NCBI GenBank assembly: GCA_032718475.1
Contig: JAUCBJ010001864.1
Coordinates: 77,427-141,426, forward strand
DNA length: 64,000 bases
Source of the DNA: Nemertoderma westbladi
Taxonomy: Eukaryota; Animalia; Xenacoelomorpha
Direction: 5' to 3'
In this document: positions 46,558 through 58,188 of the stretch, piece after piece
How positions within the stretch are numbered: the first letter of the stretch is position 1
How the letters are laid out: every line of letters starts with the position of its first letter
Notes under the pieces: generated by a model
Told to the model about the DNA's origin: nothing
Seen by the model: the letters and a program-made list of their open reading frames with translations, nothing else
The model's database searches: none
Program-made: the position numbers and the translations under genes

Positions 46558-49500
46558 TCAAGGGCAATTCTTCCAGCAGGCACTCTCCCATTGCTCCCCT
46601 TGTAGGTCCTGTAGGATTTGCCACACTCTCATTGCCAATTCCAACTCTCTAGGAATTGATTCTCCCTCCTCCACCACCCTAAAATCGGGTCTTCCAGCCG
46701 CCTTCTTGATTTCCTCATGGTCCCCTGGCAGCAAAATGCCACCCTTCATCTTGTCGTCACCTGGCGGTAGAATGTAAAGAAATCGGAAGAATAGATAGAA
46801 CAGAATGGATAATACTAATCCTATCCCTTTCCACCCTGTCTTCTTATTTGACCTCCCCCTTTTCGCTATGTCTCTCAAACGGACCGGCGTCTCCTCCGGA
46901 CACTTCTCCGGACATCTCGCCGTCCACTCTTCTCCATCCTCATACCCTACCGGTGTCGTCATACCGGTAGGATTCACATCCTTGTTCCATCCCATCGTCT
47001 CTAAGTCTTCCGCGTCAAATCCATTCTCCTCCGTACACTCTCTTGCTGTTACTTCCCCTCCTAACTGATCTACCGACGGTATTTCTCTGGAACTATCCTC
47101 TATCATTTCAACACACTCCACTATGCGTGGTTCCAGATCCATACCCAACTCTTGGTATCCTTCCCCGGGTCGCTTCTCACATGGGACCTCCCCATTGCCC
47201 GTCCCTGGTTTCTCCTTTACGTCCTCGACGGTGCCTGATAGCATGCACCCTGATGTCTCCGACACCCTGGATGGAATCTTGGTTTTAATTGGGCCGCTAA
47301 GCATCCATCCGAACGGCGTGAGAATCGCCGTCGGATCCCGCTGCTTATTCTCTCTGAATTTGGTCCTTACTCCCTCGTGGGCCGTCGGACAATCCATTCC
47401 GACTATGATGGATACCTTCGAGACGTCCACTTTTGGTATTGAGAAATCAATATCGTCCAGGAACCGGTATTGCTCGACCTCGATCTTAGTTGGTCACCTG
47501 GCGTTTATGTTAATCGATTCTATAATCTTAATGGGGTCGATGGTCGCCCCATAGTCACATCCCGGTGCTATTGCTGATATCTCGCACTGTCCCGTTCTCA
47601 TCTCCAGGACCTCATCCTTACTCGAGATAGTAGTTACCGCCATCCTACTCGGCCTCGTCTGTAACCCTATCTCCTCGGCCACCCAATTCTCCACCAGTGT
47701 GAAGGCTGCTCCGCTGTCGACTAGCATCAGTGTTGTGACTGATCGGCCGCCCCTTCCTGTTATCCTCACTGGTATTACCCCGAGTAGTACTTTCCTCTTT
47801 CTCCTTGCTCCCGTCGTGCTCGTAACCATGGTTTGGCCTCCAGTCTCATCGTCTCCTATTGGTGATTCCACTCTCCGGATCTGTGTCCTTCTACCACGCA
47901 TCGATGACATAGTCCGTTTGCGTCCGCGTAGGCTACACGATCTTGTTTAGGCAACGCTTGCCAATGCTTACAACTCATGGTCTTATGGGTCCCATCCCTA
48001 TGCAATTGACATTCGTATCCTGGATTGTAGCGCTCCCTGTATAGCCCTTCACGTATTGCCCATAGATTCATGTCTACTGGTTTAGTGTTTTGGTTATTTG
48101 GACTCAGCCTACTGGGTGTGTTGGGGTTATATTTATTTGTGTTGTTATTTTGTTTCTGTCCCTGCCACGGTGTGGCCCTACTATCAACTAACTGTGGACT
48201 GTGCGACTGTCTCACTCTCGGGAATGGATCTGCCGGATTATGTTCCGGTTTAGGCCTGTTGTATTCGGTCTTCGGCACCTTCCCCAAACTATCCTCACTG
48301 TAGACTGGGTCTGTAATCAACTCTGCTTCGTAATTGAGGAAGTTCGACATTTCCTCTAGGCCCGGTTCCGCACCTTTCTTCTCCCGGGTGGAGAAGGCGA
48401 TCTTCATCCATTTGTTGCGTAGCCAGATTGGCAGTGCCTGCGCTATCATGGTGATGTTATTAGATGCGTTGAGTTCGTATGGCGCATCTAGCATCTTCAG
48501 CACAATTGACGCCTTCTCAACCTTATTCGCAAAGGTCTTTATACTAACAGGGTTATCCTGTAGGCCACCCGATGTTATTCCCCTCAGGGTCTGCTGAATG
48601 ATCTTGGCTGGGTGTCCGTATTCCCTGTCTAGGGCCCGCCATGCAGTCGTGAAGCCACCCTCGATGCCCTGATACTGCCTCACGATGTCGTACGCTGGGC
48701 CTCCTGTGTATACCTGTAAATATTTTAGGCACTCCGCCTGCGTCAGGTTCTTAGTTAATATTTCGTTGCTGTACATGCGTCGGAATTGCAGGTATTCTTC
48801 CGGTCTGCTTCCGTCGAATTTAAATGGCTCAACTGGTGGTAGCTCGATCCTGGTCTTGAGCGCATCGATAAGTGTTGCCATTCCCATCGCCTGTGCTTCC
48901 AATGGGTTCGAGGGATGCTGTACAGATTCTCCTGTTGGGTGCGGTCCGCCCGTCGGGCCCGTCGATCTTTTCTGTGTTGGATATATCCTTGGGGGTAGCG
49001 GCCCCCTCCATATCTCCGTGTCGCATGACCTGTTCTGGTCCAGGGGGTTCGATGTTCTTATTCCCGGCTGAGTGTATTGCTGATATTGTAATGGGGGAAT
49101 GTCACCCTGTCCCCCCCCCCACCAGTGTTATGTTTGGTACTGGGGTTGATGTTAATATATTGGGGCCCATACACCTATCTGCAATAACTCCCCCCTCCCC
49201 TGGATATATGTCATGTCCCTGCATATTATAGTCATACTGGTGTGCAGGTACCGGTATAGGCCTATCGACTTCCTGCCTACCTACCGGTATGTACGCCGCG
49301 ACTTCCGGATCTAATCCCGATGCTCGCGCTACCCTATCGCCTACACTATCTCTCCCAGCATGGCCTATAGTATGTGCAGTGAGGCCTACAGTATGTCCTG
49401 CAGTCTGCCTGTGTCCTTCTGGACCGAAGTTTAATCTTCTCGAATATTCCAAGAAGTCCTCCCCGTGACTACCGTACTCTCGATCGGCAGCTATATCCTG

Positions 49501-50957
49501 TCGGGAAGTTTCTCTTCGATCCCCTCTCCTGTTCTTGTCCTTGTACCGGTACATTCTGTACCCTTCTCCTGGTGTGTGGTGCTTCTCTCCAGGGTTATGG
49601 CAATTTCCCAGAATTCGACCCCACTGACTCCCTAACTCCATCTCTACTACCGATGGTTCACTGTCCGTCCTTGCTCTCCGGTTGCTCGTAGCAACGCTTC
49701 TTCTATTCTCTTCACGCTCTTGTGATCTCTTCGACCTCCCGGTTAAACTCCACTGTTCTTCTTCTCTCTTCCGACTGACGTCGTCTCGCTCGCCAACTCT
49801 CGGCGTCAACATCTCTCTCTCTGCCCGGTTGGACGCTCCTTGGGATACTCGCAATCCCCCTACTATTCTCCGTCGTCAGTTGCCGCGGTTCACTTAACTC
49901 GCCCCGCGCATTATCCGCCGACGCTTGTGGGACATTCTCTGCCCCCCCCCCCTCTCGCCACTGATCTCCCGTGGTGGGGCGCCCGTAGCCCCCCCCCCCC
50001 CCCCCCCCACTCGCCACTTCTTACTTCACTACCTCTTACTTCGCTTCTACGCCCCTCTTGTGGGACATTCTCTGCCCCCCCCCCCCCTCTCGCCACTAAT
50101 CTCCCGTGGTGGGGCGCCCGTAGCCCCCCCCCCCCCCCCCACTCGCCACTTCTTACTTCACTACCTCCTACCTCGTTTCTACGCCCCTCTCTAGTGGACG
50201 CACTGTCTCTACTGCGGCTGGGTCTGTTCACCCCCGCCTCTCCCTCTACTACTGCGTGGCCTTGCAGGCTCCCGTCGGGTTGACTCACCCCCGCTCCTCC
50301 CTGTGTACTAACTATGTGGCCTTGCAGGCTCTCGCTGGTCGGACCACCTATGCTTGCTGCGTTCATATTAATAGCACCATTATCAACAGTATTATTGCCT
50401 AAATTATTTAAATTATCCTGTTCGGAATTCGGATTATTATTCAAATTATTTTGTATATTTAAATTGGAATCGGGATTATTTTCCTCGTTTGAATTAAAAT
50501 TATTATTTAGATTATTCTGCGTATTTAAATTAGGGTTATTATTTGAATTATTTTGTGTATTTAAATTCGGATTATTTGGATTATTTTCTATATTTAAGTT
50601 AAGATTATTCGGATTTAAATTATTATTGCCGGGTAAAACATTATTTCCTGCAATGAAAGTTTGATTAGGGTTGTCCACTACGGTACTATTAATATTAATG
50701 CCCTCTAACGTATTATTATTACCCCCCCCCCCCCCCGCCCGTATGGTTACACCAGTCCTGGGTCTGTCATCCGGTGCCTGTAAGTGGGGTATTAACGAAT
50801 GTTTCCATTGCTTCTGGCTCCTCGTAAATGCTACCCGAGCCAGCCTCACTCTCAGATAATCCCAATTGCGCCAGTTCTAGTCGGTGCTTTTGCATAGCCT
50901 GATATTGCATAAGCCCCCTTAACCGGGCATGCATATCATCCCGCATGCGCTTTCCCG

Positions 50958-50989
<32 letters not shown>

Positions 50990-52115
50990 GCAAACTCTGG
51001 TTCGCTAACTCTGTTTCTCTCGCCACCCACTCTCTACGCTCGCTCTCTACTCTCACCTCCCGCTCTCTATGCTCGTTCTCTACTCTCATCTCTCGCTCTT
51101 TACGCTCATTCTCTACTCTCGTCTCTCGCTCTTTACGCTCGTTCTCTACTCTCGCCTCTCGCTCTTTTTGTTCCTCTCTCTTCTTGCTCTCTACAGTTCT
51201 TCGCCATCCTCTCGGCCCTCTCTCTACACTCCCTCGCCAACTCTCTCTCTTTCTCTAACAACGCAGTTCCCTCATCCAATCTTTCTGGTCTAGCGCCACC
51301 ATGTCTAGTTGACACGCCAGATCTATCTCTAACACCCTTCTTGCTTTTGCGGAGGATGTAGCGGACTTATCGGTCGCGACGGACTCCCATCGCCTCTCTG
51401 TCCTACTAACTTTCCCCCGCTTTCTGGGGTTCTCGTTAATTGATGAGACCGAATCCTCGGGGTTAACCTCGGGTTCGCCCTCGTGCGGATCCGCCCAACC
51501 CACTAACTTAATTCCCCTGGCATCCACTAAGTACGGCCCTACATACACTACTTCAGGCTCCATAACCACGGATCGCCACAGTTCGAATAGTTCGGTGGCG
51601 ACCCCCCTCGCTCTCTCACTCACCAGTTCTCCCTGCCCAAAACGGACCAAATACCGAAAATGTTTGTTCGACTCACCTAGCCGTTGGTGTAACTTAGGCT
51701 GGTTTACCTTTCCTCCCTCTCTGTCCTCCTTTAATAGTTTCTTCGTGGCGTTGTAGGCCCGTCGTAGCCGATCGCTCGTCCCGACGTCCCCTTCGCCGAC
51801 ATCTCCTCCTCCTCTCCTCATTCGGCGTTGTACCGGCGGCCCCACCGTCACCGATCCAGTGGGCCATCCATCGCCCTTGGCCTGTGGCTGGCCGGCAACT
51901 CTGGTACTCCGACCGCCGTCGTGCGTCGACTCGTCCATCCCTCGTGGTTGACGGCCGCCCTCCGCTTGGGGTACCGGATCGTCCCTCGTCGGCGAATCCG
52001 GCGTCACAGGTCGATACCGTCGTGTCGCAGCCTCGCAGATCGTTTGGTTGGTGTCGTCCATGGTCCGCAGCAGTGTCCTCTCTCCCTCTGATAATTGGGG
52101 TTCTCCTTGGCTCAT
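46558..52115 (-). pseudogene. Frameshifted BEL/Pao gag-protease
   Basis: Consecutive ORF pieces 51255-52115, 49911-50849, 49102-49854, 47856-48902 (Gag core, Cys/His knuckles), 47494-47910 (DSG protease) and 46558-47430. Confidence 0.82.
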
Positions 52116-52178
52116 CCTCTTTACTTTCTCCTGGCTTCTTAGCAGTCACAGTTCAGTGGTTGTTGGCTATTGTTTTAC

Positions 52179-52854
52179 TGTGATGGGATCAGAGATCCCG
52201 ACTGGGTAGGTTGTTTCATACGCGTCACCGCAGGCTGGGGTGGTGTCACTGATTGCTTGGCCGAGGCCGTTGGAAAAAGCATTCAGAGTTAATGTTGTCC
52301 TTTGGCGGTCTAATATAATAGTGATAGCACAGTTAATATGATGTTAATATGATAGCGGATGACAATGTTGCTTGGTACCGGTAATAGTAAACTGAATACA
52401 GCCAATGTTGTTGACGGTGACGGTAAAACAATATTACCCATCTGCACTGAAACTGGGTAACTAACTAAACTGAATTACAAACCGGTAGCAGGAGATAATA
52501 TATGATTGATATACCAATATTACTTCACTCCTACGCTACCTTGGCCTGCTACCTAGTGGATGCTCTCCTTTGCTCTTATTGGCTAATAACCTACTTCTCA
52601 CCCTTACACTCTCTGGGAGTGTTTCCCCTTTGCTGCTAGCCTCTACTAGCTGTGTCCCTTCCGAGGTGGTTTGACCTCTAACCTTCCTTTGTGTGTGGCT
52701 TCGGGGTTTGTGTTGCCCCCCCCCCCCCCCCCCCCAAATGTTGGTTGTGATACCAGATTGATATTGCTAATCGCGTATCTCCAACATATTGCTGAAAATG
52801 CCACCATCCCATTTGCTGGAGGGTGGTAATGAGGCAGAATTGAATCCGCTTACA
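52179..52854 (-). repeat. 5' LTR (676 bp) of the minus-strand BEL element
   Basis: TG...CA ends are defined by homology with the TSD-bounded solo LTR at 6022-6596. It lies 64 bp upstream of the gag ATG (52115). Confidence 0.85.
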
Positions 52855-52856
52855 CT

Positions 52857-54276
52857 TGTGAAATCGCGATTTAAATTGAAACATCTCAACTTGTTTTATT
52901 TCGAAAAATAGCCCCAAAACACGAAAATTGCCATAGGCGCAATGATAAAAACACCAGCTGGCACTCATAAAAATGTATAGAGATGGCCTGGTAATGCATT
53001 CAATAGGAAGGCCAACTAACCAAGAAGTACTTTCTGGGCCAAGTATTATCACTCTACTCTACAACCCAGACAGTAAGCAAATATTAACTGGTTTAGCTAT
53101 GGCTATTACAGTCTCAGCTGAATAACTCTTTCCAATGTTAATTAATTGGCGTGCAAGCTAAATGACTGTTAGTTAAACAGTGTGTTGGCTACACAGTGTA
53201 TTGTACTATGCTCTCATCGAATTATTGTTTTATTTTGAAATCTTTGTGCCAACATTAATACTGTGGAGGCTGTATGCTTATAAGTCTGAATGTTTACTCA
53301 GCCTTATAATGATTCTCCATAAGGCTAACATTATAGTTTGAAACATAAAAATCTGTTATATAATAATAATAATATAATTGTTGTATTTAATTAATATCGT
53401 GGTTTACATTGAACAGTGTAAATTGTTAAACGCGGTTTACATTGAAACATCTCAACTTGTTTTTATTTATCACAAAAATAAGAACGAATTTGTCTATCAC
53501 TTCTTGTGCGCGATTGTATTGAATTCATGGCAACTGCTGTTATTATTATTAATCAATTGACACCTCGACTCCTCTCCGACTACTCTATCCGATAGCTCTA
53601 TCATTTCGCTAACTGCTCTTCTCTCTTCTATAATCACAACAGCTTTTATAATTCATTAGATGATTACAACATAATAATTATAGTTTGAAGTTGTACTCGT
53701 ACACCACCGGAACTACCCTCACACTAATTTATTATCAGACAGAACAAAAAGCTTTTACTTGACTCGTACTGTCTCCTACAGTACGACTTGCTTCACAGGC
53801 CGCTAGGCCCGTCTCTAGTACTGTACTTCAAGGTAAAATATAAGGTAAAAAATAAAATATTATGTTCCTCGCTGCAAACCAAAGGCAATTAAGCCACTTT
53901 AAAACTACCGCTAGTCATAGACACAAATCTGCAGCTCAAATACCGTAAAACTTACAGCACTGTAGAATATGGCAAGCTATGCCAATGGAACTAAGCCAAT
54001 GGATATAGTGAAATCCGCCATTTTAGGAAAATCGTTGCCTTTGTTTCACTGGTATCTCATGGATTAAAATTCAAAATTTAATGAAACTGGGCAAGTAAAA
54101 TACTTCTCTGCAGTTTGGGCCTTTGCATTCAGTAGCATTACTATGCACTCATATCATTTCTCATGAGCACCAGCTGGTGTTTCTATCATTGAGTCTATGG
54201 CAATTTTCGTGTTCATTTTTCGAAATAATAAATGTTAGTTTAAATTGAAATTTTAAATTGAAACCGCAATTTCCCA
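52857..54276. repeat. Old element with long diverged inverted ends (about 190 bp)
   Basis: CACGAAAATTGCCATAG..CAATGATA.AAACACCAGCTGG at about 52920-52960 is inverted at about 54168-54212, and flanking similarity extends both ways. Confidence 0.65.
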
Positions 54277-55464
54277 CTCGTAATACGTAAACATAGTAGG
54301 CCTAGTGAATAGTGTAGGCATACAGTATCCCAAAGTTAGTGCTGTAATAGCTAAACAACTACTGTAATTTAAATAACGAAATGCCCGAACGGAGGAAAGT
54401 TTATTTCATCCAAGTTGGGAGATGATTTCAGATGGGGAGCGGGGAGGTGGGTTCGTTCGAGACGGGGGGGGGGGGGGGGGGGGGGGGTTCGTTCGAAACG
54501 GGGTGGGTAACTCAAATTCCGTCTCTGCTTATTAATAATTCGGGTTAATTTTTAAATATAAATTAAGGGAAAGGAGCAGATTATTACAATGACACGTTAT
54601 TCTAACCAAAACAATAAATAAAAGTCATTACAACAGGTTACAGTTATACTTTTTTTTATAATAATAATAATAAATTTTTTCTCTTATAATTTTAGGGAGT
54701 AATCAATAACAATCAAATAACAACTTGCAGCACAATAATATGATGTTTTTATTCTAAAATTCACACAACTTCTCCCAATAATCTATGCGAATGTTATCTT
54801 ATGCATGGTTTTACATTAATCCTAAATCGATTGTTGATTTGATTTCCTATTTAAGGAGACTCCACTTGAGATACTTAATTTAATTAGATTCAGGATGAAA
54901 GGAAATCAAGTAGTGCCGTGAAATTAAGTTCTCAAACATATAGGGACTGATGAGAGTCGATTGTCAAGCTCTCGGTTGTATTTGCTCCCAGCAGTGCACA
55001 CCCGTGACTTAATGACACACACACAACTCGAATCTCTAATTTCGAGCCTCTTCCATTACCGGTACCATGGGTAGAGGAGCCTACAGTAATACTGTATAAT
55101 GGATCAGTATACCGTTACTTAAATTAAACTCACTCTAACTCACACATATTTGCTGTAACTTCTGTACAAACCTATACATGTACAGTATAGTTACTGCATA
55201 TTAGGAGGCCTACTGTGTAGTGTAATCTTGAGCTATTGTAATTTTATAAAAGTTATGGCTGGCTGCATCGTATGCACCTGCAGTATAATTAATCAGATGC
55301 TAAGTGAGTTCAGTGGATCTGATGTCTGAGTACCGCAGTACCGGTATACTGCTTGATATAAAGCAATAACACATTGGTCAGCATTGGAGTGATTCTTTCC
55401 TAGACATACAGTAGTAACAATTTAATTATAGATTCCATGTTAAAGAAGGTAGGTGCTAAAATGC

Positions 55465-56072
55465 ACAACGAGCAACAATGACCAACAACGAGCAACAATG
55501 AGCAACAACGAGCAACAATGAACAACAACGAGCAACAACGAGCAACAACGAGCAACAACGAGCAACAACGAGCAACAATGAGCAACAACGAGCAACAATG
55601 AGCAATAATAAAGTACAACAATGAGCAACAATGACCAACAATGAGCAACAATGTGCAACAACGAGCAACAATGAGCAACAACGAGCAACAATGAGCAACA
55701 ACGAGCAACAATGAGCAACAACGAGCAACAATGAGCAACAACGAGCTACAATTTGCAACAACGAGCAACAATGAGCAACAACGAGTAACAATGAGCAACA
55801 ACGAGCAACAATGAGCAATAATAAGGTACAACAATGATCAACAATGACCAACAATGAGCAACAACGAGCAACAATGAGCAACAACGAGAAACAATGAGCA
55901 ACAGCGAGCAACAATGAGCAACAACGAGCAACAATGACCAATAATAAAGTACAACAATGAGCAACAATGACCAACAATGAGCAACAATGACCAACAACGA
56001 GCAACAATGAACAACAATGACCAACAATGAGCAACAACGAGCAACAATGAGCAACAACGAGCAACAACGAGC
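55465..56072. repeat. 10-bp tandem array (GAGCAACAAY)n, about 60 units
   Basis: Direct inspection; recurrent TAATAAAGTAC-type interruptions at about 55607, 55819 and 55942. Confidence 0.97.
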
Positions 56073-57497
56073 GGATGGAGTCGAATGCCTTCTTGAAGTC
56101 CACAAAAGTCATGACTGCGAGGAGATTCTTTGACTTAATTCCTTCAATCAGTCTCCGTAGTGTAAGTATCTGAGCTATTGTTGATCTACTTGGTCGAAAT
56201 CCGTTTTGGCTCTTACGCAGTAGTTTCTCTATGTGAGGCCTAATCCTATATAGAATCATTTTATTGTATATTTTGGCAGCTACCACAAGCAGACAGATCC
56301 CACGATAGTTTATTGGTATGCCGAGGTCTCCTTTCTTGGGAAGAGGCTTTAGTTGACCTTTAGTCCAAATTGGTGGTGGCTTTTCCCCTTTTAACATCCG
56401 GTTGCAAACATTCAATAATGGTCTATTTAGCACTCCGGTTTTCCATACCTCCGCTGGGATTTCATCTAATCCACTCGCTTTATTATTGGACATGCTTTTA
56501 ATGCTTCTTTGGAGTTCGGCAGGTGTGAAGTCCCCTGTTTCTATAGGTAGTGTCTTGTCATATATTTTCCTTGTAGGGCTGACCTCGATGTTTGGTGGCT
56601 GCCCAAGCAAGTTGCTGAAGTGATTTTTCCACTTTCCAACACGTTCTTCAGGACTATCGGCTTTGAGGCGCCCCTTTGCACAACTTTTCCGACCAGATAC
56701 CTCATTTACAGTTTGCCAGGTAAGTCTTGATTGTTGCTGTATGTGAGCAGTTGTAATTGCTTCAGTTTTATCCTGTATGTACTTTGCCTGGCTGATGTTG
56801 TAGGCCAATTTAAGATCGTCCTTAGCTTTCTCAACCTTGTTAATGTTTTCGGTTGTTGGTTGTTCGGTTTTAACTTTGTAGGCTATCTTAAGATCTTCTC
56901 TCTTACAAGTAACCTCAGAGTTTTGCCATGGCACATACTGTTTTCGTTTAGGTTTCTGGGGGATATGCCACTTAGCTGATTCCTTGTGGGCTGTTATTAT
57001 ATTCTGGTATATTGAATCGGTGGATTGGTCTTCATCCATTGACTGAAGTGCTTCAAAGCGGTTTTGAAGTTCTACTGTTGTATAAGCCTCCTTTACAGCA
57101 TTGTCAGTTCTGAGTTTCTCCCAGTCATAGTTGATTTGCTTGTTTGTCCTGGGTTTGCTGGCTCTCAAACTGAGTCTGATCTCTGCAGTCACAATTCTGT
57201 GGTCCGAACCAATTAGGTTGAACGAGCTGTATGCCTCGCAGTTGATCATGCCATTTCTCCACTTTTTGTTTATAAGGATGTAATCCAGTTGTGCTTTGGT
57301 TCCATTAGGGTATTGAAAGGTCCATAGCTCCCCCTTACTCTTTTCGAATGTGTTGTTTGTTGGTATCAATTCACATTCTTCCATTAGGTCTAAAAATAAG
57401 TACCCATTTCTGTTAGAACTGGTGTTATAGGTGTAACCCTTGATGTCTTCTGGGCCAATTTGCGCATTCAGGTCACCAGCAATGACTTTAACATTGT
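56073..57497 (-). mobile_element. RTE-like non-LTR fragment (APE endonuclease C-half to RT N-part), cut by the 10-bp array and by an LTR insertion
   Basis: APE motifs GDLNAQIG, QLDYIL, SDHR; KASGLDEIP, LPKKG, QNGFRPSRST, FVDFKKAFDSI, then an abrupt end. Confidence 0.9.
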
Positions 57498-57989
57498 TGT
57501 CATGAACGGGATGAATGTATATTCTTCTGATTGTTGAACCGCCCATGAACAGTTTAAAAAACACAATATTATGATTACATATTTCTCTAATTTAATAATT
57601 ATCTAACTAATTACAAAAATGACACATATTACAACGACAATTAGCAACTGGTTTTACCATCACCGCACCAACACTCTATGTATACTCCTATTATTGTAGC
57701 AATACTAATTGACCCTTTTAATTAGGACGAACAGCAGGGGCATGTCTTCCAAACGATGAGGTAATTCTAGCGTTGTACAAACAATGTTAATATTACAATG
57801 TAACAATTAACAATTAACAATGTTAATGTTAATAATATAGACGATACTGTATGTATATCAATGATATAATGTATGAGTTGATGTCAATGAACCCCTGCTG
57901 TTGCCAACTACTGTACTATGCACATTAACACTAAATCATTAACGAAAACAAACTTTATTTCCCTACTTGAATATATATATTTTATGACA
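57498..57989 (-). repeat. Putative 3' LTR (492 bp)
   Basis: Terminal inverted repeat TGTCAT...ATGACA; PPT AAGGGGGAG (minus strand, 57990-57998) abuts it; the left end coincides with loss of RTE homology. Confidence 0.75.
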
Positions 57990-58188
57990 CTCCCCCTTGA
58001 AACTAATAGTTTCAAATCATAACCTTCACCACGTGGGATTATACATTATTGCATTTAAAAATTTTCAAAAAATAACTAATATACAGTAAACAATATTTTA
58101 TATTGTTTAGTGTAATTAATTGCACATTATAATTTTCAAATATGATACAGTATGAAGAATGTTCGTATTGTATTTCTTTATGACTATT

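Larger units (their letters stand above)
45250..52854 (-). mobile_element. Degenerate BEL/Pao element: 5' LTR, gag and protease; RT not recognisable, 3' LTR not found (left boundary approximate)
   Basis: LTR at 52179-52854; fragmented gag ORFs; PFKFDG Gag domain; LVDSGA protease; TPFGWMLSGP post-protease motif; then low-complexity sequence. Confidence 0.8.

Noticed and set aside
54946-54975. CTGATGAGAG...CTCTC as a second hammerhead
   Set aside because: No GAAA after stem II and no stems I/III.
55400-56105. Cys/Leu-rich ORFs in three frames
   Set aside because: Artefact of a stop-free 10-bp repeat.
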